This document shows positions 21,899-33,868 of a DNA stretch of 64,000 nt, piece after piece. The translations under genes were made by a program, and so were the position numbers. Within the stretch, counting starts at the first letter, position 1, and every line of letters begins with the position of its first letter. Location: assembly GCA_963811795.1 (NCBI GenBank), contig CAWESR010000001.1:13344-77343 (forward strand), in the 5' to 3' direction. The DNA is from an uncultured Alphaproteobacteria bacterium (GTDB lineage: Bacteria; Pseudomonadota; Alphaproteobacteria; Rhizobiales; Xanthobacteraceae). Under the pieces are notes generated by a model that worked only from the letters and a program-made list of their open reading frames with translations, did no database searches and was not told where the DNA came from.

Positions 21899-21986
21899 GC
21901 CACCTGCAAGAACTGCTAGAGCGCGAGCAACGCGAACCTCGAAGATGACGGGGCGTTCAATCTGATTTCATCCTGATTTTATCTCG

Positions 21987-22625
21987 CTATTTCTTTTTCT
22001 CCGGTAGCGGGTGCCCTGGCATCAGCTTGTAAGGATGTACCCAGCCGGGCAGGGCCTCAATATCGTTGAGCCAACGGCCAATGTTTGGGTAATCCTTCCA
22101 GTCCACGCCAAATTCGTCAGGCCAGTAGAGATAGCCGCACATGGAGATGTCGGCGATGGTTGGTTTGTCGCCAACGATGAAACGTTGTTTGCCAAGATGT
22201 TTGTCAACGATGCCAAGCGAGCTGGTGATGCGTCCGCGCAGGAATGCGGTGACAGGCGTCTCGCCAGTTTTTTGTATGGTGACCAAGAATCGCAACGTGC
22301 CAATGTAGCCATTGAACTTGTGGTTATCGAACAACATCCAGCGCAGAATTTCGCGGCGCTCGTCATCGTTGTCCCAGCCGAAGCGGCCGAATGTGGTGGC
22401 GAGATAATCGAGGATCACGCCAGATTGACTTAACCGGCGGCCATTGAACTCAAGCACCGGCGCTTCGCCCATTTCGTTGATCTCACGAAAGGCCTGTGTG
22501 CGCGTTTCACCATTGAAGAAGTCGACGAAGCGCGGGGTCCAGTCGGCGCCACAGAGATTGAGCATCAATGCAGCTTTATAAGAATTACCTGACTGAGCGA
22601 AGCAATAGAGTGTGTATTCGGCCAT
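21987..22625 (-). CDS. glutathione S-transferase family protein
   Basis: SGNSYK, NEMGEAPVL, QSGVILDYL, PTIADIS. Confidence 0.92.
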   Translation of the reverse strand: MAEYTLYCFAQSGNSYKAALMLNLCGADWTPRFVDFFNGETRTQAFREINEMGEAPVLEFNGRRLSQSGVILDYLATTFGRFGWDNDDERREILRWMLFDNHKFNGYIGTLRFLVTIQKTGETPVTAFLRGRITSSLGIVDKHLGKQRFIVGDKPTIADISMCGYLYWPDEFGVDWKDYPNIGRWLNDIEALPGWVHPYKLMPGHPLPEKKK

Positions 22626-22815
22626 GCGATCCTCCAAGTATGGAGAGATTTATGCGCGTTACGGATTGAGAGGCAACCTCTGCCTCCAATCATTTCTTTG
22701 TACCGGATGGGCGCAGAAAAATCCTGCCGGAAATGGCCAGGGATTTGCAGAGTAGGATTGAAATCAGGAGCAGCGATTAATCAATCGAATCTTGTAGCCA
22801 TAAGGGGTCCATACC

Positions 22816-23115
22816 TTACGGCGTACAAAGCACGAATTCATATTCGTAATCGTAATTGTTGTAATAATTGTCGTAGTAAGCCGATCCGGCAAAGAAGAAC
22901 GGGCTAAAGTGATGGCGACGGCGATCATGTTTCTCCGGACGGGGTTTGCACTCCAGGCATGCGATTATAGGTGGCGAGTGGGTGGTCTGGGATTTGCTAG
23001 ATAACGAATGATCTCTGCCGCGGCCTCCGTCACGAGCGGATGCGTCCGAAGGGGTGAATGCAGTTGCACCCAAAGTGGCTGCTACAACCCATAAAAGTGC
23101 AAATTTGCGTAACAT
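22816..23115 (-). CDS. small secreted hypothetical protein (CxxC, Tyr-rich tail)
   Basis: signal peptide MLRKFALLWVVAATLGATAFTPSDASA; RBS ggag. Confidence 0.6.
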   Translation of the reverse strand: MLRKFALLWVVAATLGATAFTPSDASARDGGRGRDHSLSSKSQTTHSPPIIACLECKPRPEKHDRRRHHFSPFFFAGSAYYDNYYNNYDYEYEFVLCTP

Positions 23116-23420
23116 CTGAATTCTCCATTTCCGTTCGGTGCATGCACCATAAGAGGTCTTTAAGTCCCGTTGCTATCGATTGCTTGGTGACGGTGGGACT
23201 TCACAGCTTCAATGAATAGTACAGGCAACCTGAACAGAGCCCGGACAGATGCTTCATATTCGGTTCATATTGCAAATATCCGCACCTTAAAGCCCTTTTA
23301 GCTGCAGCAAGAGCCCAGCCGGGCGCTCTCAATAGAGTTTTGACGCGGCTTGCCGTCCTGAGACCACACCGTTATAAGCTCCACAAACTTTCCCTCCATT
23401 TCCCTTTCAGGATCAAATTC

Positions 23421-23843
23421 ATGGCGATTGAACGCACATTTTCGATTCTCAAGCCCGATGCGACAGCACGCAATTTGACGGGTGCGATCAATGCCATCAT
23501 TGAAAAGGCTGGACTTCGCATCGTTGCGCAAAAGCGCATCCGTATGACACGCGCGCAGGCCGAAACTTTCTATGCCGTTCACAAGGCCCGCCCATTCTTC
23601 GGCGAGCTGGTTGATTTCATGATTTCCGCCCCCGTTGTGGTTCAAGTTCTTGAGGGCGAAAATGCAGTCCTCAAGTATCGCGATGTGATGGGCGCAACAG
23701 ATCCATCCAAGGCGGCGGATGGGACAATTCGTAAAGTCCACGCCAAATCAATCGGTGAAAACTCGGTCCATGGGTCCGACGCATCTGAAACAGCTGCTAT
23801 CGAAATAGCGCAGTTCTTTGCTGGCAACGAAATCGTAGGTTAA
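23421..23843 (+). CDS. ndk: nucleoside diphosphate kinase
   Basis: [20 protein letters not shown]. Confidence 0.98.
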   Translation: MAIERTFSILKPDATARNLTGAINAIIEKAGLRIVAQKRIRMTRAQAETFYAVHKARPFFGELVDFMISAPVVVQVLEGENAVLKYRDVMGATDPSKAADGTIRKVHAKSIGENSVHGSDASETAAIEIAQFFAGNEIVG

Positions 23844-23878
23844 TTCCACAATTCTTAAAAACGCCTCTGAGGGATGAA

Positions 23879-24721
23879 ATGAATTCGCTTATGCAGATAT
23901 TTGATCTGGTTGCGATCAACGGGTTGTTCGCCCAGCTTCAGGCTGAAATTCATCAGCCCCAATTCTGGGTGGCGTTGACTAAGATCATCTGGATCAATGT
24001 GCTGTTGTCTGGGGACAATGCGCTGGTGATTGCGCTGGCGTGCCGTGGATTGCAGCCGCGCCAGCGAGTATGGGGCATGGTGCTCGGTGCTGGCGTTGCT
24101 GTTCTTTTGCGCGTCATCTTCACGGGTATAGTTGCGACGCTGATGGAGCTGCCATTCCTGAAGCTGATTGGCGGACTAGCATTGCTATACATCGCAGCGA
24201 AGCTGCTGGTCCCAGAAAAGGAAGATGAAGACGGGGTGCAGGCGGCTGCTCATCTTTGGGCGGCAGTGCGCATTGTCGCGGTCGCCGATATCATTATGAG
24301 TCTCGATAACGTCATTGCGGTTGCAGCCGCTGCTAATGGCAGCATTGTGCTGATGGTTTTGGGATTGGCCATCAGTATTCCCATGATCGTCGCTGGTGCA
24401 GCTCTTATTATGGCGTTACTGGATCGACTTCCGATTTTGGTATGGATCGGTGCAGCGCTGTTGGGATGGATTGCCGGCGATGTCATCGCAACCGATCCCG
24501 CCGTGCATCCGGTCTTGCAGCGTCTGCTGGATGGCCAGATTGCCCTAAACCTCGATACGACATCCACGATGTTTGGTTTCGCGAAGCACATAAAGTTTGG
24601 CAGCGAGATCGGCGAATTTGTCTGCGCCCTTTTGGGTGCCATCGTCGTGCTGGTCGTGGGTTCGGTCTGGCGACAGCGCAGCGCTGCGATTGAGGAAAAG
24701 GAAGTGCACGCCCGGGCCTGA
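23879..24721 (+). CDS. TerC family (YjbE-like) membrane protein
   Basis: LLSGDNALVIALA, DIIMSLDNVIAVA. Confidence 0.9.
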   Translation: MNSLMQIFDLVAINGLFAQLQAEIHQPQFWVALTKIIWINVLLSGDNALVIALACRGLQPRQRVWGMVLGAGVAVLLRVIFTGIVATLMELPFLKLIGGLALLYIAAKLLVPEKEDEDGVQAAAHLWAAVRIVAVADIIMSLDNVIAVAAAANGSIVLMVLGLAISIPMIVAGAALIMALLDRLPILVWIGAALLGWIAGDVIATDPAVHPVLQRLLDGQIALNLDTTSTMFGFAKHIKFGSEIGEFVCALLGAIVVLVVGSVWRQRSAAIEEKEVHARA

Positions 24722-25004
24722 CCTTAACTTGCCGGGTGTTGTTCTTGGACCCTTGGGTAGCCTGTTGGCGGCCACCGTTTGCGTGCTGGTATACACTGGT
24801 GGACAGTATACCAGACGAAAATACAACCATCTGCACTTGCTAAGCCCAGATTTTCGTGTTGGGATTGTACCCACAATCGGATTGTGGGCCATTCGGCTGT
24901 GTGTTTGGAAGACGAAAAACTTGCAGACCTTCTTAATCCAGCTTGTGGCGTGTCACGTGTAATCGCGTGTCGCGTCTTTTTATTATCTAGACGAGGAGAC
25001 AGAC

Positions 25005-25208
25005 GTGGTAAAAGGCACCGTCAAGTGGTTCAACCCCACCAAAGGGTATGGGTTCATCAAACCGGCGGCCGGTGATAGGGACGTGTTCGTCCATATTTCA
25101 GCTGTCGAGCGCGCGGGACTATCAACTCTCAACGAAAACCAGACGATTGAATACGATCTGGTAGAAAATCGCGGCAAAGCATCTGCCGAGAATTTGAAAA
25201 TATCCTGA
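25005..25208 (+). CDS. cspA: cold-shock protein
   Basis: GTVKWFNPTKGYGFI, DVFVHISA; GTG start with RBS aggag. Confidence 0.93.
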   Translation: MVKGTVKWFNPTKGYGFIKPAAGDRDVFVHISAVERAGLSTLNENQTIEYDLVENRGKASAENLKIS

Positions 25209-25248
25209 GTATATCAGGACCAATATTATCACCGATATTGTTGCAACT

Positions 25249-25274
25249 CCCCGGTCGATTAGCCGGGGTTTTTT
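25249..25274 (+). terminator. intrinsic terminator after the csp gene
   Basis: ccccgg...ccgggg stem followed by a T tract. Confidence 0.7.
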
Positions 25275-25361
25275 GTTTTTGAAGGGACTGCGAAAGAGGT
25301 TTGAATTCTTTCGTGAGAGAGCGCTTCCTGCATAATCATAATTTGATTATGTTTCATGGTT

Positions 25362-26262
25362 ATGAACTTACAAGATATCGAAGCCTTTGTGGCGGTCGCC
25401 GAAACGGGTTCTGTGAACCGTGCTGCCATCAGGCTCAATCTCACACAGCCAGCGACCACCCGACGCATCCAGAATTTCGAGGCCGCGGTTGGCGACACAC
25501 CACTTTTCAATCGTGCAGTGAAGCCAGCCGTGCTGACTGCTCTTGGAAATCATGTACTCGAACACTGCAGACGGGTACTTATTGCCGTTGCGGAATTGGA
25601 AGCGTGCACAACCAAGGATGCCAAGCCAGCGGGTAATCTGAAAATTGGCGTTGCGCACGGTTTAGGCGAGATAGTTTTGACGACGCCGCTCGATGCTCTA
25701 CGGCGGTCATTCTCTCAGATCAAACTACAGATCAGTTCAAACTGGAGTATAGATCTGATTGAGAGCGTGCGTAGTGGCGCGCTTGATTGCGCCGTCGGTC
25801 TTCTGACAGATGCTCATGCCGTTCCGGCCAGGGCTTACACGCATTGCCCTCGGTGCGGAACAAATTGTCGTGGTTGCTGCGTCCAAATCGCCGAGAAAGC
25901 GCGACGGAAGTCCATGGCAATTGCGTGATCTGGCAGCTGAAGATTGGTTTTTAAATCCGTCTGGCTGCGGATGTCGTGCCGCCCTTATAAAATCTTTCGA
26001 CCAACTCCAGATACCCATAAACATCACGGCTGAAGTCTTCGGTGAAGATCTCCAGTTGTCCCTCCTTGCTCAAAGTGGTGGGTTAAGTCTTGTGCCTCGC
26101 CGCCAGTTTGAACACAGCCCGCATCGTCATGGATTGCAAATATTGGATGTTTCGGACTTCGTTATGCCCGCAACGGTGACGCTTATCCATAACGCCATAA
26201 CAAGACGCTTTGATCCGGTGATTGAATTGTTAGTTGGCGAATTGAAAGCCAAGCTGACTTAG
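25362..26262 (+). CDS. LysR family transcriptional regulator (frameshift near 25825)
   Basis: HTH GSVNRAAIRLNLTQPATTRRI; substrate-binding domain continues in a second frame. Confidence 0.85.
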
Positions 26263-26375
26263 CTAACTGGCGCATGATCATAATTAAAACTATGCATTTG
26301 ATTTGCGTGGGGGACTAATTGCAACGTCTGTGACGTTATCGATGCTCAATCAACTTAATAAGGAATTCACTTTCC

Positions 26376-26693
26376 ATGATCGTCACAGTCTTTCGTTCTC
26401 GGCTTAACTCTGGTGCACAAGAAGAATATGGCCCCATGGCCAAGCATATGAGTGAACTTGCACGAACCATTCCCGGTTACATCTCTCACAAAGGATTTGT
26501 CGCAGAAGATGGCGAGCGGGTAACAATTGTCGAGTTTGAAACTGAGGAAGCGCTGCGCGTATGGCGGACCCATCCCGAGCATGTGAAGGCAAAACGGCAT
26601 GGTATTGAGAGCTTTTTCAGCACTTATAAAATTCAAATATGCAACGTCATTCAAGATCGTTCATGGGTTGCAAAGTCGGCAGTGTCGAAATGA
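26376..26693 (+). CDS. antibiotic biosynthesis monooxygenase (ABM) family protein
   Basis: IPGYISHKGF, WRTHPEHVKAK. Confidence 0.85.
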   Translation: MIVTVFRSRLNSGAQEEYGPMAKHMSELARTIPGYISHKGFVAEDGERVTIVEFETEEALRVWRTHPEHVKAKRHGIESFFSTYKIQICNVIQDRSWVAKSAVSK

Positions 26694-26716
26694 TTGCACC
26701 TGGGTGGGTGAGATTT

Positions 26717-27373
26717 TCAAATAATCTCAGGTGAAATCAGACTATCCTCCGGGCTGCCGTTCGCCGTTGTCTTGCAGATGCCGTTCACAAGCTGCGTTTT
26801 GCCGCTCGCAACCAGCCGCAACGCATCGGGATAGATCCGGTGTTCGACATCGAGCACGCGCGCGGCGAGGGTTTCAGGCGTGTCGTCGCCACGCACGGCG
26901 ACTGCGCCTTGCATCACGATTGGCCCGGCATCCACTTCAGGTATGACGAAATGAACGGTTGCGCCGTGGACCTTAACGCCGTCCGCCAGCGCGCGTTCGT
27001 GGGTGTGCAGCCCACGATAGGAAGGCAACAGGGCAGGGTGAATGTTCAACATTCGGCCTTCCCATTGCTTGACGAACCAGGGCGTCAACAGGCGCATGAA
27101 ACCGGCGAGGCACACAAGATCGATTTTGTGGGCTAGCAGGTTTTCATGCAGCGCGCGTTCAAACGCCTCGCGGTCTGTGCCAAATGGTTTGCTCTCGATC
27201 GTCGCCGTCTTAATTCCGCTGGCGTTCGCTTTGGCTAATCCGTCCACATTGGCGATATTGGAAATAACGATTGCGATTTCCGCGGGGAAATCGGGGGCGC
27301 TTGCGGCATTGATCAGCGACGTCATGTTCGATCCGCGCCCGGATATGAGAATGGCGACGCGGCGCTTCGTCAT
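26717..27373 (-). CDS. purN: phosphoribosylglycinamide formyltransferase
   Basis: ISGRGSN, LAGFMRLL, NIHPALLP, GATVHFV. Confidence 0.97.
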   Translation of the reverse strand: MTKRRVAILISGRGSNMTSLINAASAPDFPAEIAIVISNIANVDGLAKANASGIKTATIESKPFGTDREAFERALHENLLAHKIDLVCLAGFMRLLTPWFVKQWEGRMLNIHPALLPSYRGLHTHERALADGVKVHGATVHFVIPEVDAGPIVMQGAVAVRGDDTPETLAARVLDVEHRIYPDALRLVASGKTQLVNGICKTTANGSPEDSLISPEII

Positions 27374-27374
27374 A

Positions 27375-28448
27375 TCAGAGAACCAGATCGAGATGGCCGT
27401 CATAGACGACACGCTCTGGACCGGTCGCGGGGATTACTTCACCGATCTGAACCACATGCTCGCCACCCTGCGCGAAAATATCCATGACCTGCTCCACGGC
27501 ATCCTGTTTGACGATCGCAATCATGCCGATGCCGCAGTTGAACGTCCGAAGCAATTCAAGTTCTTCGATGCCACCTTCGGTGGCCAGCCATTTGAAGACA
27601 GGCAGAACAGGCACGTGCGCGAGGTTAATCCGCACACCAAGATGTTTGGGCAGGACGCGCGGAATATTATCGGTGAAACCGCCACCAGTGATGTGCGCCA
27701 GACCCTTCACCGCGCCGGTTTCCCGGATCGCACGCAGGCAGGAGCGCACGTAAAGCTTGGTTGGGATAAGGAGTGCGCCACCCAGCGTCATCACCGGCGC
27801 GAAGGGGGCAGGGGCGTTGAACGCCAGACCGGACTTTTCGACGACCTTACGCACCAGCGAAAACCCGTTGGAGTGGACCCCTGAAGATGCAAGCCCGAGA
27901 ACGACGTCACCTGCAGCTATGTCTGCGGATGGCAGCAGGGTCCCGCGTTCGGCTGCGCCGACTGCAAAGCCTGCGAGGTCGTAGTCGCCATCCTTGTAGA
28001 GGCCAGGCATTTCGGCGGTCTCGCCGCCGATGAGGGCGCAACCCGATTCCCGGCAACCTTCTGCAATGCCCGCGACGATGGAAGCTGTGGCTTCCGGATC
28101 GAGCTTGCCGCAGGCAAAGTAGTCGAGGAAAAACAGCGGTTCGGCACCCTGCACCACGAGGTCATTGACCGACATAGCCACAAGGTCGATGCCAATGCCG
28201 GTATGGAGACCGGTCTCGATCGCAATTTTGACCTTGGTGCCGACCCCGTCAGTCGCCGCGACCAAAACAGGGTCCTTGAAGCCAGCGGCCTTGAGGTCGA
28301 AAAGCCCACCGAAGCCGCCGATTTCCGCATCCGCTCCGGCCCGGGCTGTGGCGCGAACCATTGGTTTGATGAGGTCCACCAGCCGGTTTCCGGCGTCGAT
28401 ATCGACGCCAGCGGACGAGTAGGTGAGGCCAGATTTTTTGTCAGTCAT
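27375..28448 (-). CDS. purM: phosphoribosylformylglycinamidine cyclo-ligase
   Basis: [28 protein letters not shown]. Confidence 0.98.
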   Translation of the reverse strand: MTDKKSGLTYSSAGVDIDAGNRLVDLIKPMVRATARAGADAEIGGFGGLFDLKAAGFKDPVLVAATDGVGTKVKIAIETGLHTGIGIDLVAMSVNDLVVQGAEPLFFLDYFACGKLDPEATASIVAGIAEGCRESGCALIGGETAEMPGLYKDGDYDLAGFAVGAAERGTLLPSADIAAGDVVLGLASSGVHSNGFSLVRKVVEKSGLAFNAPAPFAPVMTLGGALLIPTKLYVRSCLRAIRETGAVKGLAHITGGGFTDNIPRVLPKHLGVRINLAHVPVLPVFKWLATEGGIEELELLRTFNCGIGMIAIVKQDAVEQVMDIFAQGGEHVVQIGEVIPATGPERVVYDGHLDLVL

Positions 28449-28741
28449 GCCCAAATTCCGAGATTGGTGCGTCTTTTACACAAGTCGGGCACTGATTTTG
28501 CGATATGAACCCATATGCGCAACTCATTGAAGCAAAAGCATCTTCTTACGGTAAGCCGATTTACCGCCGCCGGAAATGCCATCCGGAAATATCATGGAGG
28601 TCGTTACGTCGGAGATCTGATTGAGTGCAATGCCTCGTGCCGGGCCTGTGTATAGCCTATTTTGTAAGGGATTGGCCGGAAGCCAAATGCCATGCATGGT
28701 GCTGACCTGCGGTTACAAGGCCTAAAGCTGGGACCCCTCGC

Positions 28742-29287
28742 GTGAACATTCCAAATATCATCACCCTTGGCCGTATTTTGCTGGTGCCTATTATTGTCTG
28801 GGCGATTGCATCGAACCAGATGGCCGTTGCCTTTTTTATTTTCATAATGGCGGGGGTAAGCGACGCCATCGATGGGTTTCTTGCCAAACGTTTCAACATG
28901 ACCACCGATATCGGTGCGTTGCTCGACCCCATTGCGGACAAGGCATTATTGGTTTCGATCTATGTGTCCCTTGGAATTTGGGGCGTCATGCCGCGCTGGC
29001 TGGTTATTCTGGTGGTGTCGCGTGACTTTATGATTGTGGGTGCTGTCATTGTGTCATGGCTGCTCGGCAATCCGATGCCCATGAAACCGCTGATGGTGTC
29101 CAAACTGAACACTGTGGTTCAGGTCCTGTTCGCCGCGCTTGTGCTGGCCTCATTGGGATTTGGCTTCAATGCGGCGCCTTATGATCTTTTACTGATGGGA
29201 TGTGTGGCCGTCTTGACGCTGCTTTCCGTCTCCTTCTATCTCGTGGAATGGGCGCGGCACATGAACACGACAGGACCACTTCCCTGA
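28742..29287 (+). CDS. CDP-alcohol phosphatidyltransferase family protein
   Basis: NIPNIITLGR, DAIDGFLAK...GALLDPIADK. Confidence 0.92.
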   Translation: MNIPNIITLGRILLVPIIVWAIASNQMAVAFFIFIMAGVSDAIDGFLAKRFNMTTDIGALLDPIADKALLVSIYVSLGIWGVMPRWLVILVVSRDFMIVGAVIVSWLLGNPMPMKPLMVSKLNTVVQVLFAALVLASLGFGFNAAPYDLLLMGCVAVLTLLSVSFYLVEWARHMNTTGPLP

Positions 29288-29358
29288 CGTGCGATGACTG
29301 CAACGACCAATATGTTGAATTATTTGCATGCCGGTGTTTCGGCCAGGAGTAAGACCGG

Positions 29359-30041
29359 GTGACTGGCCGCGTTCAACCTCGTCAACTTGCATTTGCGCTA
29401 CCTCATGCGGAAAGTTTGTCACGCGACAATTTTCTTGAGGGGCCGAGCAACACGCAGGCGCTGGCGCTGGTTGATAGCTGGCCCGACTGGCCTAACCACG
29501 TTGTGATGATCGTTGGCCCCGAGGGCAGCGGAAAAAGTCATCTCGCTGCGATCTGGGCTGAAGTTGCCGGTGCGCGCTCTGTTGCTGCACATTCGTTGAG
29601 CGCCGAGGACGTTCCTGGTGCGCTCGCGACCGGTGCGCTTGTAGTGGAGGACCTCAATCCTCAGTCGTGCGACGAACGCGCGCTGTTTCATCTTTTGAAT
29701 CTGCCCGGGAAGAGGGTGCCCACATTTTGATGACGGGGCGCGGCTTGCCGTCGTCATCCCCAGCCGGATTGCGCGATCTCGATTCACGTTTGCGCGCGGT
29801 GCCGGTCATGACACTGGCGCCACCTGACGATCAATTGTTCAGGGCGTTGATCGTCAAGTTCTGTACAGATCGCCAGATGTCAGTTGACGAGAGTTTCGTG
29901 AATTATGTGGCGACGCGCATTGAGCGCACCTTCGCTTCCGCGCGCCGGGCAATCGAATTGCTGGATGCCGAGGCGTTGCGGCTGGGACGGCCAGTCACAC
30001 GCGCGCTCGCTGCCGAAGTCTTGAGCGCTACGGTGGCTTGA
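29359..30041 (+). CDS. hdaA: DnaA regulatory inactivator HdaA (frameshift near 29705)
   Basis: QLAF clamp-binding motif, GPEGSGKSHL, DLDSRL in the second frame; purM/ppk synteny. Confidence 0.85.
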
Positions 30042-30063
30042 CGGCGTATCGCTGTGGTCCATC

Positions 30064-30081
30064 ATGTCATTGAATATTCAT
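30064..30081 (+). promoter_or_regulatory. possible Pho box upstream of ppk1
   Basis: aTGTCAT-tgaa-taTTCAT resembles CTGTCAT-N4-CTGTCAT. Confidence 0.35.
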
Positions 30082-30151
30082 GAGATTGGCTGATCCTCCA
30101 TGATCTCAGGCGGACCTGTGCCGTTCAATGATGTGAAATGGATTAAGCTCG

Positions 30152-32329
30152 ATGGATTCCACCCAAGCCATTGAAAAAAAGATAGAAAATGAGGCGGCGG
30201 GAGCCTCGATGATCGGGGGAAGCCCCGAGCGTTTCATCAATCGTGAACTATCCTGGCTCCATTTCAACCGGCGAGTGCTGGAAGAGTTTGTTAACGCTCA
30301 TCATCCCGCGCTTGAGCGGGTGCGGTTCCTGTCGATTTCCGCAAATAACCTTGATGAATTCTTCATGGTCCGCGTGGCGGGCCTCAAGGCTCAGGTTCGG
30401 GAAGGCATTGTCGAGCGCAGCCCGGATGGCCTCACACCTGCTGAGCAGCTCGCACGTATCAATGAAACCGTTTCCGCGCTGGCAAACGATCAGCAGGCTA
30501 TTTGGCAAGATTTACGTGCCGCGCTTGCCGACGTTGGTATTGTTCTGGTCGATGGACGAGATGTCACCAAGGCTGAGCATACGTGGCTTGAAGGACATTT
30601 CCTTCACAACTTGTTTCCATTGCTGACGCCGCTGGCTACCGATCCGGCACATCCTTTCCCGTTCATTCCGAGTTTGGGTTTCACCATTGCGTTGCACTTG
30701 GCGCGCGTTGCTGACGGCAAGATGATGAATGCGTTGATCCGCATGCCTGGAAAGATCGATCGCTTTATTCGTTTGCCTGCCGGTAAAGATGGGAATGCTC
30801 GTTTCATCACGATTGAGCAGGCAACGAGTCTCTTCATCGGACGACTTTTCCCCGGCTACGTCGTGAAGGGGCAAGGTGCGTTCCGGATCATTCGCGACTC
30901 TGAGCTCGAAATCGAAGAAGAAGCTGAAGATCTTGTCCGTTTGTTCGAGAGTGCTTTAAAGCGCCGTCGCCGCGGTTCGGTGATCCGCCTTGAGATTGAA
31001 GCGACCATGCCGGAAGAGCTGCGGGCTTTCGTACAGCGCGCCCTAGCCACCACGGACGATGAAGTGTTGCTTGTCGATGGCGTATTGGCAATGAACGAAC
31101 TGTCGCAATTGACGCGGCTCGATCGCCCAGATCTCGAATTCACACCTTATGTGCCGCGACATCCCGAACGTGTGCGCGACCATGGCGGCGATATTTTTGC
31201 CGCGATCCGGCAGAAGGATTTGATCGTCCACCACCCTTACGAGTCCTTTGACGTGGTCGTGCAATTTCTGCAACAGGCCGCGCGTGATCCCGATGTGGTT
31301 GCCATCAAGCAGACGCTGTATCGCACATCGCGTGACTCGCCGATCGTGCGGGTGCTTGCGGAAGCGGCAGAGGCAGGAAAATCTGTCACGGCGCTGGTCG
31401 AACTCAAGGCAAGGTTTGACGAAGAAGCGAACATCCGCTGGGCGCGCGATCTGGAGCGTGCGGGCGTGCAGGTGGTCTATGGTTTCATCGAGCTGAAGAC
31501 CCACGCCAAGCTGTCGCTGGCCGTGCGGCGGGAAGCCGGTAGTCTGACCAGCTATGTCCATGTCGGTACCGGCAACTACCATCCCGTGACAGCGCGCCTT
31601 TATACCGATCTGTCCTATTTCACGTCTGATCCCGTTATCGCGCGGGATGTGGCGCGTGTATTCAATTACATCACAGGATACGCGGAGCCGGGTGACATTG
31701 AGAAAATGGCAGTGTCGCCACTAACGCTGCGCAAGCGAATCCTTGAGCATATTCACATCGAAAGTAACCATGCTCGTCATGGCAGACCCGCAGCGATCTG
31801 GATGAAAATGAATTCGCTGGTCGATCCGGAGATCATCGATGCGCTCTATGAAGCATCGAATGCCGGCGTATCGATCGATCTGATTATTCGGGGAATTTGT
31901 TGTCTGCGCCCTGGCGTTCCGGGGCTTTCCAAGAATATCCGGGTCAAGTCGATTATCGGCCGGTTTCTGGAACATGGACGCATTTATTGCTTTGGTATGG
32001 GGCATGGTCTGCCGGGCCCCAAGGCCGCGGTGTACATTTCATCAGCCGACATGATGCCACGCAATCTTGATCGCCGAGTTGAGGTGCTATGTCCGTTGCA
32101 AAATCCCACGGTGCATCAGCAGGTGCTCGAACAGATCATGGTTGCCAATTTGAAGGACAATGAGCAGAGCTGGCAGCTGTTGCCGGATGGATCGTCAACA
32201 CGTATGAAGATCGCAAAGGGTGAAGAGTTTTTCAACGTGCACAATTATTTCATGACGAATCCGAGTTTGTCAGGCCGTGGAAAGTCACTTAAAGAATCCT
32301 CCCCACGCCGTCTTACACGCCGTTCGTAG
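30152..32329 (+). CDS. ppk1: polyphosphate kinase 1
   Basis: [54 protein letters not shown]. Confidence 0.97.
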   Translation: MDSTQAIEKKIENEAAGASMIGGSPERFINRELSWLHFNRRVLEEFVNAHHPALERVRFLSISANNLDEFFMVRVAGLKAQVREGIVERSPDGLTPAEQLARINETVSALANDQQAIWQDLRAALADVGIVLVDGRDVTKAEHTWLEGHFLHNLFPLLTPLATDPAHPFPFIPSLGFTIALHLARVADGKMMNALIRMPGKIDRFIRLPAGKDGNARFITIEQATSLFIGRLFPGYVVKGQGAFRIIRDSELEIEEEAEDLVRLFESALKRRRRGSVIRLEIEATMPEELRAFVQRALATTDDEVLLVDGVLAMNELSQLTRLDRPDLEFTPYVPRHPERVRDHGGDIFAAIRQKDLIVHHPYESFDVVVQFLQQAARDPDVVAIKQTLYRTSRDSPIVRVLAEAAEAGKSVTALVELKARFDEEANIRWARDLERAGVQVVYGFIELKTHAKLSLAVRREAGSLTSYVHVGTGNYHPVTARLYTDLSYFTSDPVIARDVARVFNYITGYAEPGDIEKMAVSPLTLRKRILEHIHIESNHARHGRPAAIWMKMNSLVDPEIIDALYEASNAGVSIDLIIRGICCLRPGVPGLSKNIRVKSIIGRFLEHGRIYCFGMGHGLPGPKAAVYISSADMMPRNLDRRVEVLCPLQNPTVHQQVLEQIMVANLKDNEQSWQLLPDGSSTRMKIAKGEEFFNVHNYFMTNPSLSGRGKSLKESSPRRLTRRS

Positions 32330-32344
32330 CATCAGTGTCGTCCC

Positions 32345-33868
32345 ATGCCTAAACCAATGAAGCATCGGGCACGGCGGCGTGCTCAACCGAAGAGCGTGGC
32401 TGTCATCGACATTGGCTCGAACTCTGTGCGTCTCGTCGTATATGAGGACATGACGCGCAGTCTGACACCAGTTTTCAATGAGAAAACACTGTGCGGGCTG
32501 GGTCGCGAAGTTCAATCGACAGGTTTGCTGGCGCCGGACGCTGTTGCGAAGGCATTGGCGGCGTTGCGCCGTTTTCGCGCGCTTTGCAAAGTTATGAAGG
32601 TCAGTCGTGTTTACGCAATCGCCACGGCAGCATGTCGCGATGCCAAGAATGGAGCGGATTTCATCGCCAAGGCCGAGCGCATTTGCGGCGTAAGCATTGA
32701 AATACTATCGGGTACCCGTGAAGCCAAACTTGCAGCGCTTGGCGTTATTTCCGGTGTGCATAAGCCTGATGGTATTGTCGGCGATCTTGGTGGCGGTTCA
32801 TTGGAATTGATCGATGTGCAAGGACACCGCACGCGTCATGGCGTTACGTTGCCGCTTGGCGGCCTGGCACTTCAGGACGCGTCGCAGAAATCCCTGAAGA
32901 CAGCAGAGCAGATCGTCGAGGCGGCAATGTCCCGCGTTCCGCAACTCAAGGCTGGAATGGGACGTACATTTTATGCAGTCGGCGGCACATGGCGTGCATT
33001 GGCGCGTATTCACATTATTCAGAGCGGCTATCCGCTGCATGTGATGCATGGCTACACCATTTCAGCAGCCGATGCGCTTGATTTCGTTAAACAATTGCAA
33101 CACCTCGTTGTGACAAACGCTCTGCCGAACATTGAAATTGTAGCCGATGCTCGCCGGCCATTGCTGGCCTATGCGGCGTTGGTGCTGGAACGCATCATCC
33201 AGATTGCGAAACCCAAGAACATCGTGTTTTCGACTTATGGCGTGCGTGAAGGTCTACTGTACGAAATGCTGCCTAAAAAAGAGCAGCGTAAGGATGGCTT
33301 GTTGGCCGGAGCGGAATTGTTGAACGATATCCGATCACGCTCACCACGCCATGCGGATGATCTGATTGGGTGGACCAGCCAGCTTGTGAAAACCATGAAG
33401 CTGCCTGAGACCGACGATGACCGCAGGTTGCGCCGTGCGGCCTGTTTGTTGTCGGATATCGGATGGCGCGTGCATCCGGATTATCGCGGCGAACAGGCGC
33501 TACAGACAATCATGAATGGAAATTTTAGTGCCGCCAGTCATCAGGATCGCGCGTTTCTCGCGCTTGCAATTTATTATCGCTATGCCGGGCTGAACAAAAA
33601 TAACGAAGCTCCCCAAGGGATCCGCACCTTAATGCCAGAGGCGAAGGTTGAACATGCCCGTGTTCTCGGCGCTGCGTTTCGTGTGGCACATCTGATTTCC
33701 GCAGCCCAGCCAGGGGTGCTTTCGGCAACGCGTTTCAGAAACAAGGAACGCAAACTGCAGCTTATGTTAGATCACAAGGTTGCCGATCTTGCGGCTGACC
33801 GTGTCGAAAACCGGTTCAAGCAGTTTGCACGCATGCTTGGGCGCAGCGGATCAATCGTTAAGTCTTAG
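32345..33868 (+). CDS. ppx: exopolyphosphatase (Ppx/GppA)
   Basis: [24 protein letters not shown]. Confidence 0.95.
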   Translation: MPKPMKHRARRRAQPKSVAVIDIGSNSVRLVVYEDMTRSLTPVFNEKTLCGLGREVQSTGLLAPDAVAKALAALRRFRALCKVMKVSRVYAIATAACRDAKNGADFIAKAERICGVSIEILSGTREAKLAALGVISGVHKPDGIVGDLGGGSLELIDVQGHRTRHGVTLPLGGLALQDASQKSLKTAEQIVEAAMSRVPQLKAGMGRTFYAVGGTWRALARIHIIQSGYPLHVMHGYTISAADALDFVKQLQHLVVTNALPNIEIVADARRPLLAYAALVLERIIQIAKPKNIVFSTYGVREGLLYEMLPKKEQRKDGLLAGAELLNDIRSRSPRHADDLIGWTSQLVKTMKLPETDDDRRLRRAACLLSDIGWRVHPDYRGEQALQTIMNGNFSAASHQDRAFLALAIYYRYAGLNKNNEAPQGIRTLMPEAKVEHARVLGAAFRVAHLISAAQPGVLSATRFRNKERKLQLMLDHKVADLAADRVENRFKQFARMLGRSGSIVKS

